From assembly GCA_038143065.1 (NCBI GenBank), contig JAYQLI010000035.1:1120001-1184000 (forward strand): 64,000 nucleotides of DNA, given 5' to 3'. Origin of the DNA: Rhodospirillales bacterium. GTDB taxonomy: Bacteria > Pseudomonadota > Alphaproteobacteria > Bin95. Every line of letters begins with the position of its first letter. Position 1 is the stretch's first letter. Of the stretch, positions 20,998-30,911 are shown piece by piece. Both the position numbers and the translations under genes were made by a program. The notes beneath the pieces were generated by a model, which worked only from the letters and a program-made list of their open reading frames with translations, was not told the origin of the DNA and did no database searches.

Positions 20998-21696
20998 GTG
21001 TCAGGTGAAATGATCAATATCAAAATCGAAGGTGGGCAGCTGGAGGCTTATCTAGCAAAGCCAAAAGAACCTGGTCCATGGCCGGGTATCATACTTTTAG
21101 GCGAGGTGTACAATGTCAATCACTGGGTCCGGAAGGTGGCCGATGGATATGCCGAACAAGGATTTATAGTTCTCGCACCGGACTTATATTGGCGCCAAGA
21201 GGCAGGTAGATATTTAGACTATACTCCAGAAGATCAAAAAATTGCTCGTGCTCTTGGGTTCTCCATGGACCTTGAAGCATTCACCGATGACATGATGGGC
21301 TACATAAAGATATTAGCTGAGGATCCAGAGTGCACAGGTAAAGTAGGAACAGTTGGATTTTGCCTTGGGGGTAAACTTGTTTACCTCGCCATGGCTCGAG
21401 GCCTAGCTGATGCAGGAGTTGCTTACTATCCAGTCCAGGTTGAGCAATTTTTGGAAGAGGCAGATGGGTTGACTGGACCTCTAATGATACATTTTGCTGA
21501 GCTTGATGAGCATGTGCCGCCAGAGTCTTATAAACCCGTAAAAGCAGCGCTTGGACCATTATCTAATGTTGATATTTTCATGTATGAGAATTCCGACCAT
21601 GGGTTCAATAGGTTTGGCTACCCTCCCTATCATCAGCCATCTGCAGACCTGGCTCTAGAAAGAACACTTTCATTCCTCAATACTGAGCTAGCCTAA
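20998..21696 (+). CDS. Dienelactone hydrolase family protein
   Basis: APDLYWR, nucleophile GFCLGG, ELDEHV, DHGF. Confidence 0.9.
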   Translation: MSGEMINIKIEGGQLEAYLAKPKEPGPWPGIILLGEVYNVNHWVRKVADGYAEQGFIVLAPDLYWRQEAGRYLDYTPEDQKIARALGFSMDLEAFTDDMMGYIKILAEDPECTGKVGTVGFCLGGKLVYLAMARGLADAGVAYYPVQVEQFLEEADGLTGPLMIHFAELDEHVPPESYKPVKAALGPLSNVDIFMYENSDHGFNRFGYPPYHQPSADLALERTLSFLNTELA

Positions 21697-21726
21697 ACTA
21701 GCTTCATCTAAATTGGATTTACAAAA

Positions 21727-22455
21727 ATGGATAAAATTATTGTTGAACAATTGGCTCCAACTGGCTCACTTCGAGCAGCTATAAATCTGGGCAACTTTCT
21801 ACTAGTCACTGACAAGGCGCAAAACGGAGATCCCATAGGCGTATCTCCCGACATGGCAAGCGCGATTGCTAAGCGTCTAGGGGTACCTGTAAAATTTGTA
21901 CCAATGGCTACTCCAGGGGAAATTTCCGATACGGCAAACCAAGATATTTGGGACATTGGAAATATTGGTGCTGAACCAAAACGAGCAGAGGTCATGGACT
22001 TCACTGCTGCCTATGCCGAAATACAGTCAACGTACCTAGTGCCTGCTGGCTCACCAATCCAACGGATTGAAGATGTTGATAAAAAAGGAGTGCGTATAGC
22101 AGTTTCAGCTAGGAGCGCATACGATCTTTGGCTTGATCGCAACATTAAAAACGCCAAACTTTGCCGGGCAGAAGGCATAGAAGCAAGTTTCAAACTTTTT
22201 GTAGATGAAGGTATGGAAGTCCTAGCAGGCTTGCGTCCGCGCCTCATAGATGATGTCAAACGGCTGGACGGGGCTCGTATTCTTGAAGGTCAGTTTTCTT
22301 CTGTCCAACAGGCAGTTGGCTGTGGCAAAGGCCGAGCAGAAGCAGCCGCATTCCTAAAGGAATTTGTCGAAGAAGCTAAACGCTCGGGATTTGTCGGTGA
22401 AAGAATAAAAGCACACGGCGTGGAAGGCAGACTTTCAGTTGCCCCATTATCGTAA
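21727..22455 (+). CDS. Family 3 solute-binding-protein fold, no evident signal peptide
   Basis: LAPTGSLRAAINLGN, GVSPD, DFTAAY, SAYDLWL; no hydrophobic N-terminus. Confidence 0.82.
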   Translation: MDKIIVEQLAPTGSLRAAINLGNFLLVTDKAQNGDPIGVSPDMASAIAKRLGVPVKFVPMATPGEISDTANQDIWDIGNIGAEPKRAEVMDFTAAYAEIQSTYLVPAGSPIQRIEDVDKKGVRIAVSARSAYDLWLDRNIKNAKLCRAEGIEASFKLFVDEGMEVLAGLRPRLIDDVKRLDGARILEGQFSSVQQAVGCGKGRAEAAAFLKEFVEEAKRSGFVGERIKAHGVEGRLSVAPLS

Positions 22456-22599
22456 AAGCCTGACAAGAGCTCACGCACTTCTAATATTCAGAAACATGTC
22501 CCGAAGTCGACTATCGCGTTTTACTTAAGTAAGAGGGCTGAGAGTAAAAAAATTAGTAAACTCCATCTTGTTTAAACCCTCGCCGTTATTTCGAATGTC

Positions 22600-22608
22600 T
22601 GATATAAT
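22600..22608 (+). promoter_or_regulatory. Extended -10 promoter of rnpB
   Basis: TG-A-TATAAT ending 7 nt before the RNase P RNA P1 strand. Confidence 0.7.
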
Positions 22609-22615
22609 AGGTCCT

Positions 22616-23019
<404 letters not shown>

Positions 23020-23140
23020 CTTTCCAAATAAGAAATCAAGAACAAAACAAGAATATATGCTTTTTTGAATGTAAAATTTTTAACTAATCCAAGTCTCCTT
23101 AAATTCAAATCCGAATTTTATCTGTGAAAAACGTCGAATA

Positions 23141-23205
23141 TTGACTTTTTTTCTTGGAATGTGGGTATAATCCCATATTATCCTAATTCAGACCATTTAT
23201 TCCCA
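23141..23205 (+). promoter_or_regulatory. dcw (mra) promoter with phased MraZ-type boxes
   Basis: TTGACT (23141) and TATAAT (23166) with a 19-nt spacer across a T run that may be miscalled; TCCCA, TCCTA, GACCA, TCCCA at 23171, 23181, 23191, 23201. Confidence 0.6.
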
Positions 23206-23291
23206 AATGTGGATCTAGATTGGAATGCAGGTGAGCAACCCAAAAAGATCCGCGCAGGGAAAATGGCCTTAAGAGGGAGGCATAGACGCCA

Positions 23292-23777
23292 GTGTTCTAC
23301 GGAACGCACATCGTCAATATCGACGCGAAAAGTCGCGTATCGGTCCCTGCACTCTTCAGGAATCATATCCTCGCGGGTGCACCCGAATTCAATGGCATTG
23401 CGGTCTTTCCCTCTTTAAAAGCTGGTGACTCAGCTTACATGGCTTGTAATCCAAACTACCTAACCACTCTCGATACCCGCATTCGTGAAGCAGACATCGA
23501 TCCAGATGAAGCGGATGCGATAGCCGCTGCTATTTTTCCATTCGTTGAAATGTTGGCATTTGATAATGCCGGTCGAATATCAATCTCCCAAACTCTTAAA
23601 GCGCGGCTAGGCGTCGACAAGCAAATAGCATTCGTCGGTATGGGAAGTGATCGTTTCGAACTATGGCATCCTCAAACACACGAGGCACAGGTAGCGCCGG
23701 AGGGTGTGGCCCGTGGCTCTAATGCAATGTCGGTATTATTTGATCGCAAGGTAAAGCCGAAGGCGCTTCAACAATGA
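23292..23777 (+). CDS. mraZ: Transcriptional regulator MraZ
   Basis: Two SpoVT-AbrB motifs (IDAKSRVSVP, FDNAGRI), FVGMG..FELW; position ahead of rsmH. Confidence 0.88.
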   Translation: MFYGTHIVNIDAKSRVSVPALFRNHILAGAPEFNGIAVFPSLKAGDSAYMACNPNYLTTLDTRIREADIDPDEADAIAAAIFPFVEMLAFDNAGRISISQTLKARLGVDKQIAFVGMGSDRFELWHPQTHEAQVAPEGVARGSNAMSVLFDRKVKPKALQQ

Positions 23778-24751
23778 TGGCGGATAGGCATATCTCTGTA
23801 TTACGGGAGGAAGCTGTAAGAGCTTTAGCGCCGGAACGGGGCGGAATTTTTATCGATGCGACCTTTGGGGCAGGCGGATACTCAATGGCCCTCCTTGAGA
23901 ACGGAGCCAATCACGTCTTAGGCATTGATAGAGATCCAAGTGCAATCAATGAGGCTCAAGAGTGCATCAGCTTGAGTCATGGAAGATTGCAATTAGTGCA
24001 AGGAAATTTTTCTGATCTCCATGAACTTGCCGTCAAAAATGCTGCTCATCCTGCTGATGGCATTGCTTTCGACTTTGGTGTTTCGTCCATGCAACTAGAT
24101 CGGCCACAACGTGGGTTTTCTCTCAAATTGGACGGTCCCCTTGACATGCGCATGGGGCAAAATGGCCCTTCTGCCGCTGATTTTCTCAACACCTCTGAGG
24201 AAAGAGAAATTGCGCGAGTGATTCGTCAATATGGAGAGGAGCCAAGAGCCAATCGCATTGCCCAAAAAATCATTGAATGTCGCAAGTCAGCTCCCCTCAC
24301 CCGCACTTCACAATTAGCTGATGTAGTATTGAAAGCAATTGGTCGGCGACCAGACGCGCGCACCCACCCAGCAACTCGTACGTTCCAGGCTATCCGAATA
24401 CATGTGAACGATGAGCTTGGCCAAATTGAACGTGGGCTTCGCGCTGCAGAAAAAACATTGCGTCCTGGAGGTCGCCTGGCGGTTGTATCTTTTCATAGCT
24501 TGGAAGATCGATTGGTAAAAAAATTTCTCAGGGCTCGCTCGGGCCTTGTGCCAATGGCATCCCGCCATGATCCAAGCGCATTATCTCATGACCGCAAAGC
24601 TCCAAGTTTTCGTCTGCTCTCTCGCAAACCAACACTCCCATCAGAAACTGAAGTGGCGTTCAATGTGCGTGCGCGCTCCGCGAAGCTGCGAGCGGCTGAA
24701 CGTCTTGATTCTCCCATATATTATGAAACAGATCTTGGAGAGGCCGCATGA
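23774..24751 (+). CDS. rsmH: 16S rRNA m4C1402 methyltransferase
   Basis: DATFGAGG, GVSSMQLD, DGPLDMRM, HPATRTFQAIRI, SFHSLEDR, RARSAKLR. Confidence 0.96.
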   Translation: MMADRHISVLREEAVRALAPERGGIFIDATFGAGGYSMALLENGANHVLGIDRDPSAINEAQECISLSHGRLQLVQGNFSDLHELAVKNAAHPADGIAFDFGVSSMQLDRPQRGFSLKLDGPLDMRMGQNGPSAADFLNTSEEREIARVIRQYGEEPRANRIAQKIIECRKSAPLTRTSQLADVVLKAIGRRPDARTHPATRTFQAIRIHVNDELGQIERGLRAAEKTLRPGGRLAVVSFHSLEDRLVKKFLRARSGLVPMASRHDPSALSHDRKAPSFRLLSRKPTLPSETEVAFNVRARSAKLRAAERLDSPIYYETDLGEAA

Positions 24752-25212
24752 TCCGACACGCAACCTTATTTTGGGTCACTGTTGGCGCTCTTTTTCTTGG
24801 GGGGCTAACCATTGTTGGTCATGAAGTTCGAGATCGCGACCAGACGTTAAGACAGCTCCACGGTGCAATTGAAAGAGAAAGAGAAAAAATACATGTCTTG
24901 AGAGCGGAGAAAGCATATCTCTCTAGCAGTGAAGTCATAGCTCAACGAGCCTCTTCTGAGCTTGGAATGATTGAATTCAAGGCGACTCAAATAATTAAAA
25001 TCGCCGACTTACCAAAACATATTCCAGAGCCAGGTCTTGATTTTACGCTGCCCGATTATTCTACACCCTTACTCTCGCTTCTCGCGCCTGAAAGGGAGTT
25101 TGATACTCCTAGCAGCAGCTTTGCCACAGCCTTGACACCTGATTGGCCAACTAACGTCAAATTTAGCAGGTATTCGTCAAGGATAACTAACATTACAAGG
25201 CCCCAAAGCTGA
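24748..25212 (+). CDS. ftsL: Cell division protein FtsL-like
   Basis: N-terminal TM segment, coiled coil IHVLRAEKAYL, position between rsmH and ftsI. Confidence 0.75.
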   Translation: MIRHATLFWVTVGALFLGGLTIVGHEVRDRDQTLRQLHGAIEREREKIHVLRAEKAYLSSSEVIAQRASSELGMIEFKATQIIKIADLPKHIPEPGLDFTLPDYSTPLLSLLAPEREFDTPSSSFATALTPDWPTNVKFSRYSSRITNITRPQS

Positions 25213-26990
25213 TGACTTTCGAGGTCGTCCAGCCTACCGGGCGGTCAGCTGAGAAAACAGCGGGCTACAGGATAAAAGTGCCGCAAAAATTACACTTACC
25301 TGTAAAAATTAACATGTTTCCTTCTCGGCCAGACGCCGAAGAAGCCAGTCGCAATCGTCTCTTTGCGGTGGGGGCCATTTTTGCGGTCGCCTTTCTAGTG
25401 GTTTCCCTAAAGTTGATTGATGCCTCCATATATGCACCGCAACATAAGCTATACCTTGAACCTTCAAGGACTGTTGCAACACTTCCAACTAAGCAGCAGC
25501 TTCGTGCTAACATCGTTGACAGAAACGGAGAATTGATAGCTTCAAGTCTGCCAATAACCTCTCTCTGCGCTAGACCAAAACTTATTCGAGATTTTTCAGC
25601 TGCAGCATTTCTAGTTGCGGATGTTCTGCCAGAAACAAGTGCTGCTGCAATACAAGCGGAATTGGAACGAAAAAAAGACTATGTATTTCTAAAGCGCCAT
25701 ATAACGCCTTCTCAGCATAAAGCATTGCTAGGACTTGGTTTACCTGGCCTCTGTTTTGAAAAGGAGCAGCGTCGCATCTATCCCCAAGGCCCCCTTGCCG
25801 CCCATGTGGCAGGTTTCACCAATGTAGATGGAAGTGGTCTAGGGGGTGCAGAACTCTCCTTTAATAATGTCTTGCGTGAACGTGAAGAACCTCTCGCACT
25901 TTCAATAGATCTTCGAATTCAAAGAATCGTTCGCGATGAAGTGCGATTTGCAATCGAAAAATTTAGTGCGATCGGTGGTGTTGGCCTCATGATGGATATT
26001 CACACCGGTGAATTCCTAGCAATGGTCTCGCTGCCCGATTTTGATCCTAATGATGTAGGCAGCGCATCAGAGGACAGTAGAAGAAACCAAGCAACTCTTG
26101 GCACCTATGAAATGGGTTCTACTTTCAAACTTATAACTGCTGCCCAGGCATTGCAGACTGGAGAAGCAAAACTCAACTCGATGTTCGATGCAACAAAACC
26201 ACTGAAGATTGGTCGCTTTCGCATTCGTGATTACCATCCACAAAATCGCTGGCTATCTCTTGAAGAAGTTTTGATACACTCCTCTAACATCGGTGCCGCA
26301 AAAATTGCTGAATTAGGTGGAGTCGATCAGCAAAAAGCATTTCTGCATCGACTTGGGATGCTCAAGCCCGTCTCGGTTGAATTACCTGAAATTGGCACCC
26401 CTCAATTACCAAGACGCTGGAGTGAAACCTCCATGCGAACCATCTCGTATGGGTATGGCATTTCTGTGACACCGGTTCATGTAGCTTCTGCGATTTCAAG
26501 TCTTGTGAATGGCGGTACTCTTTACCAACCTACAATTCTCAAACGATTAAGAAATGAAGCCCCAACGGGAAGAAAAGTTATCAGTGAAGACGTTAGCAAT
26601 AAAATTCGATGGTTGATGAGGCAAGTTGTTGTTAACGGCACAGGATCAAAAGCTGAAACAAACTTTTATCCTGTTGGAGGAAAAACAGGATCTGCAGAAA
26701 AGAGAACAAAGGGCGGATCAGGCTATGATAAAAATTCCAACCTAGTTTCCTTTGTCGCAGCCTTTCCTATTCACCGTCCACAATATGCCTTGCTTGTAAT
26801 GGTTGATGGGCCCAAACCCCGCAAAGACACTTTTGGATTCGCTACAGGGGGATGGGTAGCTGCTCCAGCCGCACAAAAAATTATTGAACGCGCTGCACCC
26901 ACTCTTGGATTAGCCCCAGTTGGACTAGACGCTCCCGCTCGATCAACTCCAATTCTTAGAATTGCTAAGCACAAAGCACAAAGATCATGA
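25212..26990 (+). CDS. ftsI: Peptidoglycan transpeptidase PBP3
   Basis: RANIVDRNG, RIYPQG, EMGSTFK (SxxK), SSN, KTG. Confidence 0.94.
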   Translation: MTFEVVQPTGRSAEKTAGYRIKVPQKLHLPVKINMFPSRPDAEEASRNRLFAVGAIFAVAFLVVSLKLIDASIYAPQHKLYLEPSRTVATLPTKQQLRANIVDRNGELIASSLPITSLCARPKLIRDFSAAAFLVADVLPETSAAAIQAELERKKDYVFLKRHITPSQHKALLGLGLPGLCFEKEQRRIYPQGPLAAHVAGFTNVDGSGLGGAELSFNNVLREREEPLALSIDLRIQRIVRDEVRFAIEKFSAIGGVGLMMDIHTGEFLAMVSLPDFDPNDVGSASEDSRRNQATLGTYEMGSTFKLITAAQALQTGEAKLNSMFDATKPLKIGRFRIRDYHPQNRWLSLEEVLIHSSNIGAAKIAELGGVDQQKAFLHRLGMLKPVSVELPEIGTPQLPRRWSETSMRTISYGYGISVTPVHVASAISSLVNGGTLYQPTILKRLRNEAPTGRKVISEDVSNKIRWLMRQVVVNGTGSKAETNFYPVGGKTGSAEKRTKGGSGYDKNSNLVSFVAAFPIHRPQYALLVMVDGPKPRKDTFGFATGGWVAAPAAQKIIERAAPTLGLAPVGLDAPARSTPILRIAKHKAQRS

Positions 26991-28420
26991 GCGCTGGTAT
27001 AAATATTCGTGATTTTACTGGTTTAACAAGTGATAGCCGAAAAGTTTTAAAGGGGGGACTATTCGCAGCCTTAAAAGGTCAGAATTCCGACGGTCGGGAC
27101 TTTGCCAACCAAGCTTTGCAAAGAGGTGCTATTGCCATCCTGACTGATATGCGGAGGTGTCCAGCAACATGGCCACAAAATCTGCAAATTTTTCAAGATC
27201 CTGACCCACGTGCATGTTTAGCAAGATTAGCCGCCGAATTTTATGGCAAGAGGCCAGAAATTTCTGCTTTGGTGACGGGAACAAGTGGGAAAACATCAAC
27301 TGTTGAATTTGCTCGGCAAATCTTATCCGCAACAGGCCGACCAGCTGCAAGCATTGGTACACTTGGCATTATTACCCCTAATTCTAGCCATCTTGGGGGA
27401 TTAACTTCGCCGGACCCTGTAGACTTGATGGCAACCCTGGCTGAATTAGCAAACTGTGGCTTAACTGCTGTAGCAATAGAAGCATCCAGTCATGGTCTAG
27501 ATCAAAGTCGCTTGATCGGCGTACAGGCAGAGATTGGTACCTTTACTTCATTTAGTAGAGATCACCTTGATTATCATTTTACTGAAGAAGCTTACCTGGA
27601 CGCAAAACTTAGAATGTTCTCTGATTCAATGGCATCTGCAGGGATTTCAATTCTTTCTGCTAGCGTATCAGACATTCCAAAAATAATGCGAGCAGCGAGC
27701 CGTCATACTGTTTTAACTTATGGTCGCAGCGGTCGTTTTTTGCGCCTAAAGGATGTAATCCCTGAGCAATTTGGTCTCATTTTAGAGATAGAGGGACCAG
27801 ACCGCGACCATCGCATCAAACTGGACCATTTCGCGACTTTCCAGGCTGAAAACGCCTTAGCAGCAGCAGCCATAGCAATAGCCTCCGGCGCCGACGCCTA
27901 CGATTCAATACAAAGCATTGAAAGTCTTAAGCACCCACGCGGCCGCATGCAGCGAGCAGGGTCTACACAACAGGGCGCTCAGGTATTTATAGATTACGCG
28001 CACAAACCCGGTGCTCTTCAAGCAGCTCTGCAATCCCTAAAAAATATCACGACTGGACGAGTGACTGTAGTTTTCGGCTGCGGAGGTGAGCGTGATTTTG
28101 GCAAAAGAGCTCAGATGGGCGAAATAGCGGTTCAACTGGCTGATCGCGTCATTATAACCGATGATAATCCTCGCTCTGAAGACCCAACCGTCATTCGCAA
28201 AGCAATTCTAGAGGGCGCGAGAGGTGCAGAGGAATTTGCTGATCGCAGAACTGCGATTAAATCTGCAGTTGCAGGCCTCCAGGCTGGCGATACCCTTCTG
28301 ATTGCTGGTAAAGGGCATGAACAGGGACAAATCTTCGGCAAAGAATTGATACCTTTCGACGATTTGGAGGAGGCAAAAGCCGCTCTTTGCAATGTTGCTA
28401 ATGAAAGCAACAGCCTATGA
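26987..28420 (+). CDS. murE: UDP-MurNAc-tripeptide synthetase
   Basis: TGTSGKTS, EASSHGLDQ, DYAHKP, GCGGERD, DNPR (meso-DAP specificity), AGKGHE. Confidence 0.95.
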   Translation: MSAGINIRDFTGLTSDSRKVLKGGLFAALKGQNSDGRDFANQALQRGAIAILTDMRRCPATWPQNLQIFQDPDPRACLARLAAEFYGKRPEISALVTGTSGKTSTVEFARQILSATGRPAASIGTLGIITPNSSHLGGLTSPDPVDLMATLAELANCGLTAVAIEASSHGLDQSRLIGVQAEIGTFTSFSRDHLDYHFTEEAYLDAKLRMFSDSMASAGISILSASVSDIPKIMRAASRHTVLTYGRSGRFLRLKDVIPEQFGLILEIEGPDRDHRIKLDHFATFQAENALAAAAIAIASGADAYDSIQSIESLKHPRGRMQRAGSTQQGAQVFIDYAHKPGALQAALQSLKNITTGRVTVVFGCGGERDFGKRAQMGEIAVQLADRVIITDDNPRSEDPTVIRKAILEGARGAEEFADRRTAIKSAVAGLQAGDTLLIAGKGHEQGQIFGKELIPFDDLEEAKAALCNVANESNSL

Positions 28421-29883
28421 GAGAGCCCCTTTGGACTTCCGAAGCAATTTCAGTCGCCACTAATGGTCGAACCACTGGTTCGTTCTCAGTCAACGGTATT
28501 TCGATAGATAGCAGGCAACAACTTCATGGTGATCTTTTCGTTGCAATTGTCGGAAATCGGTTTGATGGCCATGGTTATGTTGAAACTGCTATCAAAGCTG
28601 GAGCAGCAGGCGCTATGGTCCATGAGACACCACCTGGAATGTCTCCTAATGATCCACGCCTAATTTTTGTAAATAATACTTTTACGGCTCTTCAGGATCT
28701 TGGGCGAGCAGCCCGCAGGCGATCTAAAGCCCATGTAGTGGCAATCACAGGCAGTGTAGGCAAAACAGGTACGAAAGAAATGCTGCGCGCTGGCTTTGAA
28801 CCAATTGGTCCGTGTCATGCGAATGAAGGGAACTTGAATAATCATATAGGGGTTCCTTTATCCCTTGCACGAATGCCATCAAATACAAAGTTTGCAGTCT
28901 TTGAACTAGGAATGAATCACAGAGGTGAAATTTGCGCACTTACAAAATTAGTTAACCCCAATACAGCTATTATTACCCGGATTGCACCAGCCCATATGGA
29001 ATCGTTCAGCACCATAGAAGCTGTTGCTGATGCTAAAGCTGAAATTTTTGCAGGATTAACTCCTAAAGGCACTGCAATTTTAAATGCTGACGATCCATTA
29101 ACAGAACGTCTCACAGCCTCTGTTCCTACCCATAGCAAAACCTTTTTATTTGGAAAAAATGATGGTGCGGATGTAAAACTTCTATCTAAAAAACTATACG
29201 AAAATGGCTCCCAGGTAAGCGCGCAAATTACCCAAAAGCCTATTTCTTGGGAGCTGAAACTCCCTGGTGCACACTGGGTTCAGAATAGCTTAGCGGTGGT
29301 TGCCGCACTTCATGTCGCGGGTGCAGATCTTCCAATATGCACAAGAGCAATCTCGCAATTAGAACCCTTGAAAGGCAGAGGCAGCCGCCATCGCCTCTGC
29401 GGTATAGATGTAATAGATGAGTCCTATAACGCTAGCCCTGCGGCGGTGCGTGCGGCTTTCACAACACTTGCGCTGTCAAAACCCAACCCAGGCGGCAAAA
29501 GGGTATTTATCCTTGGCGACATGCTAGAGCTGGGAGAGAGTGCAGCTGCGGATCATGCCGCACTTGCAAAGGAGTTTATGGCATCTGGTCTCGATCGCGC
29601 GCATGGAGCTGGCCCTCTTGCGCTTAAATTTCTTGAAGCATTACCACCAAAATATCGCGGGAAATGGGCAATGAATTCTGACGAGTTAGCTAGCGAAATC
29701 GACACCCTAGCTGATGCGGGCGATGTAATATTGGTCAAGGGATCCTTCAGTACGAATATGTCAAAAATTGTTGCAGCTCTGGAAGCACGGCAACTTGAAA
29801 GCAGAAAGTCAGACGCATGCTGTATAATCTTCTTCCAGCCTTTAGCGATGACTTTCAGCTATTCAATCTTTTCCGTTACCTAA
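28417..29883 (+). CDS. murF: UDP-MurNAc-pentapeptide synthetase (true stop may be near 29827)
   Basis: ITGSVGKT, NNHIGVP, ELGMNH, DESYNASP, LGDMLELG, VKGS. Confidence 0.93.
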   Translation: MREPLWTSEAISVATNGRTTGSFSVNGISIDSRQQLHGDLFVAIVGNRFDGHGYVETAIKAGAAGAMVHETPPGMSPNDPRLIFVNNTFTALQDLGRAARRRSKAHVVAITGSVGKTGTKEMLRAGFEPIGPCHANEGNLNNHIGVPLSLARMPSNTKFAVFELGMNHRGEICALTKLVNPNTAIITRIAPAHMESFSTIEAVADAKAEIFAGLTPKGTAILNADDPLTERLTASVPTHSKTFLFGKNDGADVKLLSKKLYENGSQVSAQITQKPISWELKLPGAHWVQNSLAVVAALHVAGADLPICTRAISQLEPLKGRGSRHRLCGIDVIDESYNASPAAVRAAFTTLALSKPNPGGKRVFILGDMLELGESAAADHAALAKEFMASGLDRAHGAGPLALKFLEALPPKYRGKWAMNSDELASEIDTLADAGDVILVKGSFSTNMSKIVAALEARQLESRKSDACCIIFFQPLAMTFSYSIFSVT

Positions 29884-30905
29884 CTTTTCGCGCAGCTGGT
29901 GCAGTCATCACTGCGATGGTCATTAGTTTTGTGCTCGGCCCTTTTATTATTCGCTCTCTCAAAGCAAGACAGAATGAAGGACAACCAATACGTGAAGACG
30001 GACCCGAAGGACACCTTCTGACAAAACGCGGCACGCCGACCATGGGCGGTGTAATGATCATTTTATCGCTTACTGTTTCTACGTTGTTGTGGGCAGATCT
30101 TTCAAATTCGTATGTTTGGACTGTTCTTCTTGTAACCGGAGGCTTTGGCCTAATAGGCTTTGGGGACGATTATCTAAAAATTACAAAGCGAAACCCAAAG
30201 GGCCTATCCAGCAAATTCAAATTCCTAGCACAACTAGTAGTTAGTGCTGTAGCAGCTGTAGTAATTGTATCGTCCACTCCAGCACATCTGAGTGAAGGAG
30301 TGGCGGTCCCATTTTCAAAGATCTCCTACTCGACCTTGGTATCTTTTTTATCCCATTCGCCATGATCGTAATGACTGGCGCTTCTAATGCTGTAAATCTA
30401 ACCGACGGCCTAGATGGCCTCGCAATTGTACCGGTGATGATCGCTGCTGCAGTTTTTGCCCTTATTTCTTATCTTGCTGGGAACATAGTTTTCTCTGATT
30501 ATCTCCAAATACTTTACGTCCCTGGCGCAGGCGAGTTGGCAATATTTTGTGCGGCTCTATGCGGGGCAAGCCTAGGCTTTCTCTGGTTTAATGCTCCCCC
30601 TGCTATGATATTTATGGGAGATACAGGGAGCCTTGCCTGTGGCGGAGCCCTGGGTGCCATCGCTGTTGTAGCAAAACACGAAATTGTCTTGGCAATTGTT
30701 GGGGGACTTTTTGTTCTTGAAACGGTTTCAGTCATTGTCCAAATAATTTCATTTAAACTCACCGGCAAACGCGTCTTTAGGATGGCACCCTCTTCATCAC
30801 CACTTTGAGCAGAAAGGCTGGGCAGAGCCAACAATCGTAATTCGCTTTTGGATTATAGCCTCCGTTTTAGCTCTCGTAGGGCTCGCAACCCTAAAGTTGA
30901 GGTGA
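29817..30905 (+). CDS. mraY: Phospho-N-acetylmuramoyl-pentapeptide transferase; frameshifts near 30312 and 30790
   Basis: [34 protein letters not shown] / [14 protein letters not shown] stop. Confidence 0.94.
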
Positions 30906-30911
30906 AACAAG

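Noticed and set aside
29817-29883. 67-nt murF/mraY overlap giving MurF a hydrophobic tail
   Set aside because: A one-base shift near 29800 would end MurF at CAT GCT GTA TAA (29827), a short overlap. Probably another indel.
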